Assembly: GCF_039654945.1 (NCBI RefSeq)
Contig: NW_027362050.1
Location: 682,001-746,000 of the forward strand
Direction: 5' to 3'
DNA length: 64,000 nucleotides
From: Dendrobates tinctorius
Lineage: Eukaryota
The position numbers and the translations under genes were made by a program. The notes below the pieces were generated by a model, which was not told the origin of the DNA, searched no databases, and was given only the letters and a program-made list of their open reading frames with translations. Below are positions 37,255-53,751 of this stretch, in pieces (positions within the stretch are counted from its first letter, which is position 1; every line of letters begins with the position of its first letter).

Positions 37255-37410
37255 AATTTGTGGTTTACATTATTTTTTGCCCGTGATGTTTTTATTAGAT
37301 CGGTAAAACAATCAGACCATTGTATACCCGGTTTATGGAGCACTTTAGGTCAATTACATCTACCAAAGGCTCACCGAGGTTGATAAAACATATTCATGAT
37401 GTTTGTCGTT
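37255..37410 (+). mobile_element. Penelope GIY-YIG fragment
   Basis: VVYIIFCP*CFY*IGKTIRPLYTRFMEH. Confidence 0.6.
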
Positions 37411-37883
37411 TAAAGCCTGAAATTTTTCAACGATGGATAATGGAAAAGGACAAAGAATACTACAAGGAGATCTTTTTTGGCTTGACAGAATTCAGCATAG
37501 CCTTCGAATATGTTGATCACCAGAAGCTTTCAAATACCATGAAGTATAAGGGTGTGATGAATTATCTAAAATCAGCCCCATTGGAACCTTTACATCGTCT
37601 AATAAGCAACAGTGCGAATTGAACATGGCAAAATGGCATCGATCAAAGTAGAGTGAGGAGTCAGACAAGGCTGTATATTGTCACCATTTCTCTTCAATTT
37701 ATATGCAGAAAAAAAAGGAATCAAAATTTCTGGATGAATCATCAACAATCTTTGATACGCAGACGATATAATATTGATAGCAACATGCGTAGATGGAATG
37801 AAGAACTTATTACAAGATGTAAATCTCGAATATGCTACTGCTGCTCAAAACAAAGAAGACAAAGATATTGACTACTGTCAGGT

Positions 37884-39460
37884 ATTATTATTATTATTAG
37901 TATTATTATTATGCATTTATATAGCACCATTTATTCCATGGCGCTTTACATGTGAAAAGGGGAAATATAGACAAGTATAATAAACATGTGTAAGACAAGG
38001 GACACACAAGTACATAAGGAGAGGGGACCCTGCCCGCGAGGGCTCACAGTCTACAGGGATGGGTGAGGATACAGTAGGAGAGGGTAGAGCAGGTCATGCG
38101 GTGGTTCAGTAGACCGAGGATCATTGCAGGCTGTAGGCTTGTCGGAACAGGTGGGTCTTCAGGTTCTTCTTGAAGGTTTCCGTTGATGGTGAGAGTCTGA
38201 TGTGTTGCGGAAGAGAGTTCCAGAGTATGGGGGAAGCACGGGAGAATTCTTGTATGCGGTTGTGGGACGAAGAGATAAGGGGAGAGTAGAGAAGGAGATC
38301 TTGAGATGATCAAAGGTTGCGTACGGGTAGGTAACTGGAGACCATGTCACAGATGTATGGAGGAGACAGGTTGTGAATGGCTTTGTATGTCATGGTTAGG
38401 GTTTTGAATAGGAACCTCTGGGCAACAGGAAGCCAGAGAAGGGCCTGGCATAGAGGGGAGGCTGGGGAATAGCGGGGAGAAAGGTGGATTAGTCAGGCAG
38501 CAAAGTGTAGGATGGACTGGAGCGGTGCCAGAGTGCTAGAGGGGAGGCCAGAGAATAGGAGGTTGCAGTTGTCGAGGCGGGAGATGATAAGAGCATGCAC
38601 TAGTGTTTTTGTGGTTTTGTGGTTGAGGAATGAGTGGATCCGGAAAATATTTTTGAGTTTGAGGCGGCAGGAGGAGAGGAGGGCTTGGATATGTGGTTTG
38701 AAAGAGAGCGCAGAGTCGAGGATCACCCCGAGGCACCGAGCGTGCGGGACTGGGGATAGAGAGCAGCCATTGATGGATAGGTCTGGTGGAGTTGTGGAGT
38801 GAGATGGGGAAAAGCTGATGAATTCTGTTTTGTTCATGTTCAGTTTGAGAAAGCAAGCAGAGAAGAAGGCTGAGATAGCAGACAGACATTGTGGGATTTC
38901 AGTCAGTAAGGAGGGGAGGTTGGGTCCAGATAGGTAGATCTGCGTGTTATCTGCGTAGAGGTGATACTGCAAACCATGGGATTCTATGAGCTGTCCCAAG
39001 ATGAAGGTGTAGATGGAGAATAGTAGGGGTCCTAGGACAGAGCCTTGAGGAACACCAACAGACAGGGGGCGAGGTGAGGAGGTGGTGTGTGAGAGGGAGA
39101 AACTAAATGTTTGGTCTGTTAGGTATGATGAGATCCAGGATAGGGCCAAGTCTGTGATGCCAAGAGATGAGAGAGTCTGTAGCAGGAGGGAATGGTCTAC
39201 AGTGTCGAAGGCAGAGGACAGGTCCAGGAGAAGGAGGACAGAGTAGTGTCGCTTGCTCTTGGCTGTTAGTAAGTCGTTAGTGACCATAGGGCAGTTTCAG
39301 TTGAGTGATGCGGTCGGAAGCCAGATTGTAACCGGTCAAAGAGGGGACAGGAGGAGAGGTGGGAGGACAGTTCAAGATATACATGCTGTTCCAGTAGTTT
39401 TGAGGCTTAAGGGAGAAGAGATATTGGGCGATAGTTAGACACAGAGGATGAGTCAAGGGA
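37884..39460 (-). mobile_element. L2-clade LINE, 5'-truncated RT/3' end
   Basis: [41 protein letters not shown]; (TAA)n tail at 37884. Confidence 0.9.
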
Positions 39461-40299
39461 GGTATGACCAGGACACATTTGAGATGGACGGTGACAAATT
39501 GGAAGAAAGAACATCAACATACTTGTACCGATGATTATTCAAGATGCAGCGACAACACCGGAACTCAGTAGAAGAATACCAATGGGCAAATCAACATTGA
39601 AGTCATTGAACAAGGTCTCAAAAACAAGAACATTTCACTAACAATGAGGACGCAGCTCTTAGATAGTTTGGTCTTTTCTGTGGTAACTAGTGTTGAGCAT
39701 TCCGATACCGCAAGTATCGGGTATCGGCCGATTCTTGCTGTATCGGAATTCCGATACCGACATCCGATATTTTTTCAATATCGGGCATCGGCATCGGAAT
39801 CGGAAGTTCAAAGTTGATTGACAGCCGAAATGACGTCATCATGATGCGCGGTGTGTGCGCATCATGATGCGCCGTCATTTCGGGCCTTCCGGGGGTCTCT
39901 GCCGGCCTGCCGGGGGGCTGTGCCGGCCTGCCGGGGGGCTGTGTGGACTGCCCGGGGTCTGTACCGGCCTGCCGGGGGGCTGTGCCAGCCTGCCGGTGGT
40001 CTGTGCACCCTGTGGGGGTCTGTACCGGCCTGCCGGGGGGCTGTGCCGGCCTGCCGGGGGGCTGTGCTGATGTCCGGGGGTCTGTGCAAGCATCGTCCGA
40101 TGGGACTACAAGTCCCATCTGGCGATGCCTGCTACCATGACAGTGATTGACACATTAGCCAATGATGGGACAGTAGTAGTCCCATCATCCAGCTAATGTG
40201 TTAAATGTTTAAAAAAAAAAAAAAAAAATACTACATACATACTACATACATACTACATGCTACATACATACCACATATATACTACATGCATGCTACATA

Positions 40300-41934
<1,635 letters not shown>

Positions 41935-42126
41935 TACATACTACATGCTACATACATACTACATGCATGCTACATACATACTACATACATACTACATGCA
42001 TGCTACATACATACTACATACATACATACTACATATATACTACATGCATGCTACATACATACTACATGCTACATACATACTACATACATACTACATGCAT
42101 GCTACATACATACTACATGCTACATA

Positions 42127-43733
42127 CAGTGGGGCAAAAAAAGTATTTAGTCAGTCAGCAATAGTGCAAGTTCCACCACTTAAAAAGATGAGCGGCGTCT
42201 GTAATTTACATCATAGGTAGACCTCAACTATGGGAGACAAACTGAGGAAAAAAAATCCAGAAAATCACATTGTCTGGTTTTTTTTTCATTTTATTTGCAT
42301 ATTATGGTGGAAAATAAGTATTTGGTCAGAAACAAGCAATCAAGATTTCTGGCTCTCACAGACCTGTAACTTCTTCTTTAAGAGTCTCCTCTTTCCTCCA
42401 CTCATTACCTGTAGTAATGGCACCTGTTTAAACTTGTTATCAGTATAAAAAGACACCTGTGCACACCCTCAAACAGTCTGACTCCAAACTCCACTATGGT
42501 GAAGACCAAAGAGCTGTCAAAGGACACCAGAAACAAAATTGTAGCCCTGCACCAGGCTGGGAAGACTGAATCTGCAATAGCCAACCAGCTTGGAGTGAAG
42601 AAATCAACTGTGGGAGCAATAATTAGAAAATGGAAGACATACAAGACCACTGATAATCTCCCTCGATCTGGTGCTCCACGCAAAATCCCACCCCGTGGGG
42701 TCAGAATGATCACAAGAACGGTGAGCAAAAATCCCAGAACCACACGGGAGGACCTAGTGAATGAACTGCAGAGAGCTGGGACCAATGTAACAAGGCCTAC
42801 CATAAGTAACACACTACGCCACCATGGACTCAGATCCTGCAGTGCCAGACGTGTCCCACTGCTTAAGCCTGTACATGTCCGGGCCCGTCTGAAGTTTGCT
42901 AGAGAGCATTTGGATGATCCAGAGGAGTTTTGGGAGAATGTCCTATGGTCTGATGAAACCAAACTGGAACTGTTTGGTAGAAACACAACTTGTCGTGTTT
43001 GGAGGAAAAAGAATACTGAGTTGCATCCATCAAACACCATACCTACTGTAAAGCATGGTGGTGGAAACATCATGCTTTGGGGCTGTTTCTCTGCAAAGGG
43101 GCCAGGACGATTGATCCGGGTACATGAAAGAATGAATGGGGCCATGTATCGTGAGATTTTGAGTGCAAACCTCCTTCCATCAGCAAGGGCATTGAAGATG
43201 AAACGCGGCTGGGTCTTTCAACATGACAATGATCCAAAGCACACCGCCAGGGCAACGAAGGAGTGGCTTCGTAAGAAGCATTTCAAGGTCCTGGAGTGGC
43301 CTAGCCAGTCTCCAGATCTCAACCCTATAGAAAACCTTTGGAGGGAGTTGAAAGTCCGTGTTGCCAAGCGAAAAGCCAAAAACATCACTGCTCTAGAGGA
43401 TATCTGCATGGAGGAATGGGCCAACATACCAACAACAGTGTGTGGCAACCTTGTGAAGACTTACAGAAAACGTTTGACCTCTGTCATTGCCAACAAAGGA
43501 TATATCACAAAGTATTGAGATGAAATTTTGTTTCTGACCAAATACTTATTTTCCACCATAATATGCAAATAAAATGAAAAAAAAACAGACAATGTGATTT
43601 TCTGGATTTTTTTTCTCAGTTTGTCTCCCATAGTTGAGGTCTACCTATGATGTAAATTACAGACGCCTCTCATCTTTTTAAGTGGTGGAACTTGCACTAT
43701 TGCTGACTGACTAAATACTTTTTTGCCCCACTG
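42127..43733 (+). mobile_element. Full-length Tc1 transposon with ~210-bp IR/DR TIRs
   Basis: TIR cagtggggcaaaaaagtatttagtcag, TA flanks. Confidence 0.95.
42496..43518 (+). CDS. Intact DD34E Tc1 transposase, 340 aa
   Basis: [22 protein letters not shown]; 34-residue D-E spacing; no stops. Confidence 0.93.
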   Translation: MVKTKELSKDTRNKIVALHQAGKTESAIANQLGVKKSTVGAIIRKWKTYKTTDNLPRSGAPRKIPPRGVRMITRTVSKNPRTTREDLVNELQRAGTNVTRPTISNTLRHHGLRSCSARRVPLLKPVHVRARLKFAREHLDDPEEFWENVLWSDETKLELFGRNTTCRVWRKKNTELHPSNTIPTVKHGGGNIMLWGCFSAKGPGRLIRVHERMNGAMYREILSANLLPSARALKMKRGWVFQHDNDPKHTARATKEWLRKKHFKVLEWPSQSPDLNPIENLWRELKVRVAKRKAKNITALEDICMEEWANIPTTVCGNLVKTYRKRLTSVIANKGYITKY

Positions 43734-45996
43734 TACATGCTACATACATACATGCTACATACATACTACATGCTACATGCATGCTACATACATACTACAT
43801 GCATGCTACATACATACTACATGCTACATGCATGCTACATACATACTACATGCATGCTTCATACATACTACATACTACATACATACTACATGCATGCTAC
43901 ATACATACTACATACATACTACATGCATGCTACATACATACTACATACATACTACATGCATGCTACATACATACTACATGCATGCTACATACATACTACA
44001 TACTACATGCATGCTACATGCATGCTACATACATACTACATACATACTACATGCATGCTACATACAATACATTCATACAATACATACATAGATATACAGT
44101 ACATATAACATAGAGTAACATACTTACCAATACTTGTCATATTGTTCCCCGAAGCCATTGTCTTTTACGGAATAAATATTAACATAACAAACCACAAAAA
44201 TACTCACCCATGATCCGAAGCAGTCCACGAGTGTGTCCCACGACGATCTTGGGTAGAGAACTGCAGCATCAGCTGATGCTGCCGCTCTCTACGGGCTGCA
44301 GGAATCCAATGATGGAAGGTAGGTATCCTTCCGCACTGTATTCCTCCGCCACTTAAAAAAAAAAAATCCCTAGTCTCACTTTATGGTAAAAGCTGTGTGG
44401 GAAATTCCCACACAGCTTTTACCATAAAGTGAGACTAGGGACTTTTTTTTTTTTAAGTGGCGGAGGAATACAGTGCGGAAGGATACCTACATTCCGTCAT
44501 TGGATTCCTGCAGCCCGTAGAGAGCGGCAGCATCAGCTGATGCTGCAGTTCTCTACCCAAGATCGTCGTGGGACACACTCGTGGACTGCTTCGGATCATG
44601 GGTGAGTATTTTTGTGGTTTGTTATGTTAATATTTATTCCGTAAAAGACAATGGCTTCGGGGAACAATGTGACAAGTATTGGTAAGTATGTTACTCTATG
44701 TTATATGTACTGTATGTCTATGTATGTATTGTATGAATGTATTGTATGTAGCATGCATGTAGTATGTATGTAGCATGTATGTAGCATGTATGTAGCATGT
44801 AGTATGTATGTAGCATGCATGTAGTATATATGTAGTATGTATGTAGTATATATGTGGTATGTATGTAGCATGTAGTATGTATGTAGTATGTATGTAGTAT
44901 ATATGTAGCATGTAGTATGTATGTAGCATGCATGTAGTATGTATGTAGCATGTATGTAGCATGCATGTAGTATATATGTAGTATGTAGCATGTATGTAGC
45001 ATGCATGTAGTATATATGTAGCATGTAGTATGTATGTAGCATGCATGTAGTATATATGTAGTATGTATGTAGTATGTATGTAGCATGCATGTAGTATATA
45101 TGTACTATGCATGTAGCATGCAGTATGTATGTAGCATGCATGTAGTATGTATGTAGTATTTTTTTTTTTTTTTACATTTAACACATTAGCCGGATGATGG
45201 GACTACTACTGTCCCATCATTGGCTAATGTGTCAATCACTGTCATGGTAGCAGGCATCGCCCGATGGGACTTGTAGTCCCACCGGACGATGCCTGCACGG
45301 ACCCCCGGACATCAGCGCAGCCCCTCGGCAGGCCGGCACAGCCCCCCGGCAGGCCGGTACAGACCCCCACAGGGTGCACAGCCCCCCGGCAGGCCGGCAC
45401 AGCCCCCCCCGGCAGGCCGGTACAGACCCCGGGCAGTCCGCACAGCCCACAGGCAGGCTGGCACAGCCCCCCGCCAGGCCGGCAGAGACCCCCGGAAGGC
45501 CCGTACAGACCCCCGAGAGGCTGTACAAGGGCAGGAAAGGGTTTTTCCAATTCCGATACCGGAAGTCTCATAGACTTGAATGGGACTTCCGGTATCGGCA
45601 TCGGCGATACCGATACTTTTTTTAAAGATCGGCCGATCCATTCCGATCCGATATTTTGAAGTATCAGACGGTATCGCTCAACTCTAGTGGTAACATATGG
45701 ATGTGAAAACTGGACTATAAGGAAATAAAACAGCAGAAGAAACGAAGTCTTTGAAATGTGGTGCTGGAGAAGGATATTAGCAATACGATGGATGGCAAGA
45801 AGAACAAACAAATCAAGGCAGTCATGTCACTTGAAGCAAGGACCACCAAGTTATGACTTGCCTACTTTGGACACCTCATAAGAATAGAGCGATCACTGAA
45901 GAAGGACATCATGGTTGGAAGAACAGAAGGAATAAGGCGAAGAGGAAGACCAACAACTCAATGGCTTGATACTATCAAAATAATGGTGGAGAAGAC

Positions 45997-48119
45997 TGTT
46001 AGGGTGTGAAGTTGGCATTCCACTCCCCTGACATCCCCTGTTAGTTAAAGATGTGAAAATTGTCATGGTCACGCGTGTCTGGACGCAGCGAGTACCGCAA
46101 GGCGAACCCATATGACACACATGACCCTGGATACAGCCCCTCCAGTGGGGCGAATTTAAATAATAAGACGTGCAGCTGGATACACCGCCTCCAACTGGCG
46201 AATTTAGATATTACACGTATATATACAAAAGTCTGGAAACCCCGCCTCCAGTAAGGCGAATTTAAATAATAAAGGGGAAACTTGGGTAACAATAACAATG
46301 GGGGCCCTGCAATAGGGAGCGGGGAAGTGGAGACCTCCTGCACTCCCCTGAGCCAGAGTCCCTGCACTCCTAACGTTCCCTATGCCGGTTCCGCACCAGG
46401 CTACGCACAGGAACCTTAAAACCCTGACTCGCCCTGAACCTAAACCCTCACTAGGCAATTGGTTGGTGCGGAAACTAATCCCACCACTGCACTAAACACA
46501 CATAAGGGAAAATGACAATACAGGGGGACACCACTTAGCTTTTTTCTCTGTTGCTTGGCTCCCAGGAGCAGAGCCCCACCACCTACGTGTATCTTCTCCT
46601 CCAACAGGATCCATCACCATAACCGGATCCATCACCATAGTGAAGCCTTGGAGCAGAGTCCACCATCAGTTGCAGCTGCCCAGTAAACAGAGTCCCAAAG
46701 ATGAGTCCAGCTTCTGCCAAAAAGTCCAGCATGCTTGAGTCCAACTTTTCTGCCAAAAAGTCCAGCATGCTTGAGTCCAGCTTTCAGCAACCAAGTCCAG
46801 CATGCTGAGTGTAACTCTCACCATAGACGCCACTTCACCAAGCCATGCAAGCACTTCCTGCTGACACCATAAACTGCGACTCCACCACACCATGCCAGCC
46901 CTTCTTGCAGACCCCATCGTTGGACTCCACTAATCCATGCCAGCACTTCTTGCAGACTCCATAGCTGCCCCTCATCCCCTCTGGCTGGGCTGCCCAGGAC
47001 TCTTGTTCAGCTCCATCTTTCACCCAAGCTTACTTGAAAATAAAGACCTATCACCAACGGTGACCAAACACACCTGACACTCTTTTATAGAGCATTCACA
47101 CCTGTTACTTAATAAACATGTGCACTTAACTAAAGACTAAAGTGCAATACCACTCACCACCGGGGCAACTTATAATGAACGACACCACGTGTAATAATTC
47201 TAATGGCCACCGGGGGCAATCACACCACTTTGGCACACAGCCAAAGGAAAAAAGTTGCTTTGTGCATTTAAACTGTCAGATCCAAACTGAACCATGACAA
47301 AAATGCATTTTATCTGTATTCTGTTTTACGATAATGTATTTGTAGTTTTCCTTCTTTGCTGCAGTTCCTGTTTAGTTGGTTATCACAGGGTTAACTGTAG
47401 GTCTAGCCCCTAGTGGGAGGAGGATTGGGGCATCTCTGGTTAATTTGGTGTGGGAGTAAAAAGTTAAGGGTTAGGAAGCAGAGTGTGAGCAAGGGGAGCA
47501 ACTCTGGGTGTGTGACAAATACAGGGGCCCAGGAACATCAAAGGCCAAGCTACGGAGCAGTTTTCCTCAAACGGCTGGTAAGGGGACTATATTTCTGACA
47601 AGCTGTAATGCAGGAGCAACATACCACCAGGACTGTGGACAGCCTTGAAGAGAAGGTGAATTCAGAGCAGACTGGCAGCAGGAATGGTAGGGTGGTAGCA
47701 AGAGCTACTTTATGCTAAAGTTCCAGGAAAATGGAGTTGCCCTTAGCACTGAGTCATTCTGCAGTAATCTTTATTGCAAAAACTATGTCCGTGACTGTGA
47801 CCACAAGAAATGTGCTGTTGTACGTGAAAGAAGACAGTGTAAAGTGTGTTACATGCTATTCCCTGCAGTTGAACCTTGCTGTCAGTAAAAAGGACTGTTT
47901 TTTTTCAAGCTGGTTTGGTTTCCTTATTTTGGAGTCCAAAGGAACTGGCACCGAGCTAGGCAAGAGGCAAGACAGAAGTAAGCTTGGAGTTCTCCACCAC
48001 CGAAACACTGCAACACACACACCCAGGAACCTAAGGGACCTCAGGGTCCTTCTATTTCTGTTGGGGGACGGGGTGCAGAAACCTCAGCGCTTGTCCACGG
48101 CTGCCTACCATCCATTACA
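45997..48119. mobile_element. Solo LTR (family C), interrupted by a family-B solo LTR
   Basis: TGT...ACA ends, 4-bp TSD agac (45993, 48120) within the RTE. Confidence 0.7.
46061..47299 (-). mobile_element. Solo LTR (family B)
   Basis: Homologous to 6198-7360; 5-bp TSD aaaat. Confidence 0.9.
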
Positions 48120-50200
48120 AGACCCTAGTAGACCTATCGAGGCTTGTATAAGATCGATCTTCCTATCGATAGTTCACCCATTAAGTCGCCATGACTTGAG
48201 ATTGAGCAGAAGACAGTTAAAATAAATAAAATCATTTAAGGGCAAAACTGACAAAATATTTTTGTAGGCAATAGGGATAAGGTCCCAATAACTCAGCTGC
48301 AAAAGTGTGTAAAAAAAAAAACTAGTGTTAGGATATATGCTGGAACAGACATCTCATTAGTGTTTCTGATCCAGCTTTATAGAATAAAATGTCTGATTCT
48401 CATAGCTCTCGGATTGCTCTCTATTGCTAGGGAAGCTGAGCGCTCTCTAGCTGTAGTACTAGTTTTTGTCATGAGATGGCTATGCAGGTTAGCATTTCAT
48501 GCCAAATGCTTCTTTTATAGGGGTCATGGTTTTGAGAAGACTGAAACATGAAAAGGAAGGTGGGAAGCAGGTACGGACTGGGACTGAAATTCAGCCCTGG
48601 CATGTGAAATCACACAGGCCCATGTTGTCCCCATTCCCAAGCACCAGATGGGATATATTACTAATATTACCCTGGATGGAGGAAAGGAAGATTTACTACA
48701 AGACCAATATTTGAAATGATACCCGTGGCCTGCTGGGGTCAGTGACGGAGTCAGCAACTTTGTGCTCTGTCACAACTTTTAACAGTGTGGGTGTCTTGAG
48801 AACACCGATTCTGCTAACAACGGAGCAGACAAGGCAGCCCACAACCAGACAGGCCCTTCTGGCATTTGCCAGAATTGCCAGATGGCCAGTCCAGCCCTGA
48901 TTGTGTGTCTGTGTGTGTCACGCTAAGCATGGAGAACAGAAAGAGAAGAGAACTGTCTGAGGACTTTGTTTTATCCTAGGATATATTTGTGTTCTTGTTT
49001 GTGCTCACATTATATAACCCATGTGGATGGATGAACAATTCAGTCAAAAAATATAGAAAAAAAAACCCAGATCTCCATTATTTTCAAACACATGTATCAG
49101 CTTTTGTTTTTTCAATCTGTTTTCAATTGATGTTATTGGATAATATACTTGGGAAACTGGGAAACTTCATGTTTTGTGTTATTTCTAGGGGGCGTTTCTG
49201 TGGCATTTCGTGCAACGTGTTGGACCTGTTAGAACCTTCATCTTCCTGGAATTTCTTAAAACATTCAGTTATAATACTTTTCAGCGAGCCGGTGCAACAA
49301 AGACCTCCAGTATTAGCTAATATTACCAACTTTTATTACCCCGCTAGTAAAGCTCACTCAGATACAGGTTTTATAAGTTGTGACTCTACATGTGGTTTAT
49401 TTATTGGTCGGTAACCAAGGAGCGGTGCACAACCCATGCACTTCTCGGGGGGGTCTTTACAAGCTCTTTTACCGCAAGGGCTTAAAAAGTTAATTCAATA
49501 TTTTCCCAACAACAGATACTGTTACCATGTTTAGTGCATCGCGACTGGCACAGGACGGGCAAATCAAATTCTCAGTTCTCTATTCATCTCTTTTCACCAG
49601 TAAACTAATCATCGTTGTCTTTTCTTCAGACTCGATCTTCGTTCTAAAATAACACTCGGAGCATTGGGTCACTAAGATATAAAAATAAGTTTCCGAAACG
49701 TCACGAGAATTCTCAGTCACTTACGTTACTAATTATATAATGTTTTTTTGTGGTGGGGTTCATAATTTTCATATCTACAATTAACAACAGTGAAAACAAA
49801 ATAAGTCATTTCCAGACATGGGTTACAATAGGGTCACATACTGAGACTCCCGAAATATAGACCGAGCCTTAAGTAAACTTTCTGCCAGCAGTTGATATAT
49901 GAAATGAAATGCCTTAGATTTGGAGATCATTTGTGAGCTGAGCACATTCCTGTTTGTAGAATGTCCCAGGAGTCGTCATTGACTTTCAATGACTTTTTTC
50001 CCCGCATATACGACAATTATATCCAGTTTGGTAAACTAGTTCCCACTGTAAAAAAAAATCCTTTTGGCAAATGTAGAATTTTCCATTACCTTAATTTGTT
50101 TTTGTTGTTGTTCTATATTTTCCAAAATTGCATGAAATTGTGGGATAGAACAGTCTCCAGTATTACGGCTGTGTCTTGGGAAACCATTTTTGTTCCTTAA

Positions 50201-50538
50201 AGGGGTATTATCAAGTTTGAAAATTATACCCAAAACACAGGATAGGGTATATCTTTCCCCAGCAATCCCGAGAAACGGGGCTCTGAGCTCCCGGCTGAAT
50301 GGATCGGACATTGGTCATGAAAACTGCAATTGGAGTGCCGAGGATATCCAGGTGCTGCACTTGTCTATCTCCGGTGCTCCCATTAGGAATATATGAAGAG
50401 GCAGTACGCATGATCAACCACCGCTCCGTTTACATGGGACTCTTCAAAGCCCCGGTTTTGGGGTATTGTGAGGGGTTCCAGCGCTTGGACCTCCAGCGAT
50501 TGGACAGGTTTGTAAACTTTCAGGCTTGAAATGCCCCT
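50201..50538. mobile_element. T2/Kolobok-type MITE
   Basis: TTAA-AGGGG...CCCCT-TTAA with imperfect TIRs. Confidence 0.7.
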
Positions 50539-50789
50539 TTAAGGTAGACATTTTTCTTGCGTGGAAGAGATTGAGTAACTGATGCATATAAATAACAGAC
50601 AATGTAACCACCTATGTTTTCAAAGAATAGAGGCAATTTTTGTTTTTCATTTTTCAATTTTTTTAAGCCTCATCTTGCAAGAGCCACAGTTGAATTTATT
50701 TCCCTATCAACAAAGCGTATGAAGGCTTTTTATTTGTAGGGGTGGGCAAGTTATCATTTTGAATGTCTCCATTTAATTCTCCATGTATG

Positions 50790-51190
50790 AAAATTAATAG
50801 AGAGAACTAAAGCTCCTTCATAGAAGGAGCCAACGGGACCTTCAGGAAGTGAAGAGTGTTTGTGTGGAAGAATGGGCCAAAATCCCACCTGAGCAATGCC
50901 TGCGACTAGTTTCTCCAAACAGGAGACGTCTTGAAGTTGTCATCTCCAAGAAAGGGTTTTGTACGAAGCATTAAATACATTATAGTAAGCGTGTTCAATA
51001 CTTTTTTCCTGCGTCATTTCTCATTATTATACATAACTTAAGTTATGGACATCTATGGTTTGATTTCTTTGCCTGTGTGGATTGGATGGGATGTTACCGA
51101 CATCTGGCGAGAATTTCATATCAATAGTAGCTTTAGAAATATATTTACTTAGAAAATTGGTTATATGTTCAATACTTATTTCACCCGCTG
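50790..51190 (+). mobile_element. Tc1 3' fragment (transposase C-terminus and right TIR)
   Basis: EEWAKIPPEQC...RRLEVVISKKGFCTKH*, ends ttcaatacttatttcacccgctg. Confidence 0.7.
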
Positions 51191-51466
51191 GACCTTAAAT
51201 ATTAGAAAACGGGGAAAAAATACTAAGTAATGTAAAATGGTGAAAACAATGCAATTCCATTATTGTTTTTTTGGGTTTCGATTTTACGCAATTTATTTTA
51301 CTATAAAAAAGATCTAGCAATATGATTTCTCCAGCTCTGCACGATTGTCGTGATACCAAACTGTTACAGTTTTTTATTATTTTAGTGTCCAAAAAAATCT
51401 GACCTTTTATAAAAAAAAAATAATAATAATAATATTTGGATTTGTGTCACCATTTCTCTTGTTCTC

Positions 51467-52602
51467 TGTCACGGTCACACGCGGCTGGACACAGCGCCTC
51501 CAGCAGGGCGGATTTAGATGACGCGTGTGACCCTGGATACACCGCCTCCAGTTGGGCGAATTTAAATAATAAAGCGTGCAGCTGGATACACCGCCTCCAA
51601 CAGGCGAATTTCAGAAATACACGTATGTCTGGAAACCCCGCATCCAGTAAGGCGAATTTAAACAATAAGGGAAAACCTGGGTAACAATAACAATGGTGGC
51701 CCTGCGATAGGGAACAGGGAAGTGGAGACCTCCTGCACTCCCCTGAGTCAGTGTCTCTACACTCCTAACGTTCCCTTGGCCGGTTCCGCATCGGGCGATG
51801 ATCAGGAACCTAAAAACCCTGACTCGCCCTGCACCTAAACCCTCACTAGTGAAGTGGACGGTGCGGAAACTAATCCCACCACTGCACTAAACACACATAA
51901 GGAAAAGAGACAAAACAGGGAAACACCACTTAGCTTTACTCTGTTGCTTACGCTCCCAGCAACAGAGCACACCACCTGCGTGCATCTTTTCCTCCGACTG
52001 GATCCAACACCATAGTGCAGCCTTGGCGCAAACAGAGTCCACCACCTGCGTGCAGCTGTCCAGAAACAGAGTCCAGCATATCAGTCCAGCTTTCCAGCAA
52101 TAGAGTCCAGCATCTTGAGTCCAGCTTTCCAGCAACCGAGTCCAGCATCATGAGTGCAGCTCTACACCATAGCTGCCACTCCACCAAGCCATACAAGAAC
52201 TCCTTGCTGACACCATAGCTGCAACTCCACCAAGCCATGCCAGCCCTCCTTGCAGACATCATAGCTGCCACTCCAGGACTCTCACTGAGCTGCCCAGGAC
52301 TCTCCTTCAGCTCCATCCTTCACCCAGGCTTGCTTGTAACTGAGGACTATCACCAACCATGATTACCACACCTGACACTCTTTAATAGAGCAATCACACC
52401 TGTTTTATAATTACATGCACAAAACTAAAGTAACCAAGTGCAATGACGCTCACCACCACCGGGGGCAAATTTAGAACAAAAGACACCACAGTGCAATAAT
52501 CCTAATGGCCACCGGGGAGAAACTAGAACTGAAACACACAGCCAAAGGAAAAAAAAGGTTACTTGTGCATTTTCTCTGTCATATCCAACCTGGATCATGA
52601 CA
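51467..52602 (-). mobile_element. Solo LTR (family B)
   Basis: Homologous to 6198-7360; 5-bp TSD ttctc. Confidence 0.9.
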
Positions 52603-52957
52603 TTCTCCATGTGTCCCAGAGCAGATGCTTCTATGGGTATTTGGTAGTCCTGGTGTGCATTGTTACAATTTCTGAAAGCTAGGATTTCCATGAAGCCTAA
52701 CGATTGCCCATATTTTTTATGATCACTTGGTGACTTCTTTTTTTCCCTATAACATATAAAGTGTAAATACTTATTTTTAATCTGTCCTGTCCAGAAAGGT
52801 ATAATAGCGAGCCACGAAGGGGAAATTTTTTCTGCTTTACGATTGTATTTTGATATCATTGCAATAAAACACAGCCAATAAATGAAGAAAAACACTATCA
52901 TGACATCATCACAAATGAGCAAAGCCTAAGAACGAAGACAGATATTACAGTGACGCC

Positions 52958-53735
52958 TGTTGTGAATTCCCTTGCTCGGACTTCTGAGCCGAAGCTCCCT
53001 CTGCTCCCTCTGGTGGTTATTGGGAGTAGTGGAGCTGGCCAGGTTGATGGAAGTTTCCCACCTGACGACGATAATTGGGAACCTGGGATTACTGGCTGGG
53101 AGCATATAATTGAGTAGGCTGCCTTTGGTAGTTGCTGGTGATTTCCTTCTTGTGCATTTGGAGTTCTTCTGTCTCCTGCCTGATCTGCATGGTTCAGTTA
53201 AGTGATTCTTTGCTAATCCTTTGCATCTAAATTGGTTGTGCCTTTTTTTTTGCTTTCTGCTTTGTTGCTAGGGTTCAGCGTACTCTCTGCTGGGGGCAGC
53301 GCTGGGCCCCGCTCATATGTTACAGCTTGTGTCAGTTTGTTCAGTCCCCTGTTATGTTAATATCTTTTGTTTTGCTTCCAGTTCATTCCAGAGTGCTGAT
53401 CTAGCGGGGGTGAGGTCGTGTGGCCCCACCATTTGCTCAGTTTGTTCTCTGCCTGTGTTTGTGTATCATCTTGTCTCACCGACAATATATGTTTGGGGGC
53501 TATCTATTCCTTTGGGGATCTGCTCCGGGGCAGTTTAGATTTCACCTTTCTGGCTTTAGGCTTAGTTAGTTCTCTGGCTGTGCCGAGGCGTCTAGGGCAT
53601 TGTAGGAACGCTCCACGGCTACTGCTAGTTGTGTGGATAGGATCAGGGGTCTGCAATCCACTTAGTTACAACTTCTCTGGTTTTCTGGTGGCTTAGCCTG
53701 TTCCTGCCATCCTCCTTGGTGACCCATTCATAACA
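52958..53735 (+). mobile_element. Solo LTR related to Gypsy family A
   Basis: TGTT...CATAACA; 3' half similar to the reverse complement of 15623-15950; 6-bp TSD gacgcc. Confidence 0.85.
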
Positions 53736-53751
53736 GACGCCCATTGAGATA

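Noticed and set aside
42405-43145. 246-aa minus-strand ORF
   Set aside because: Antisense shadow of the Tc1 transposase.
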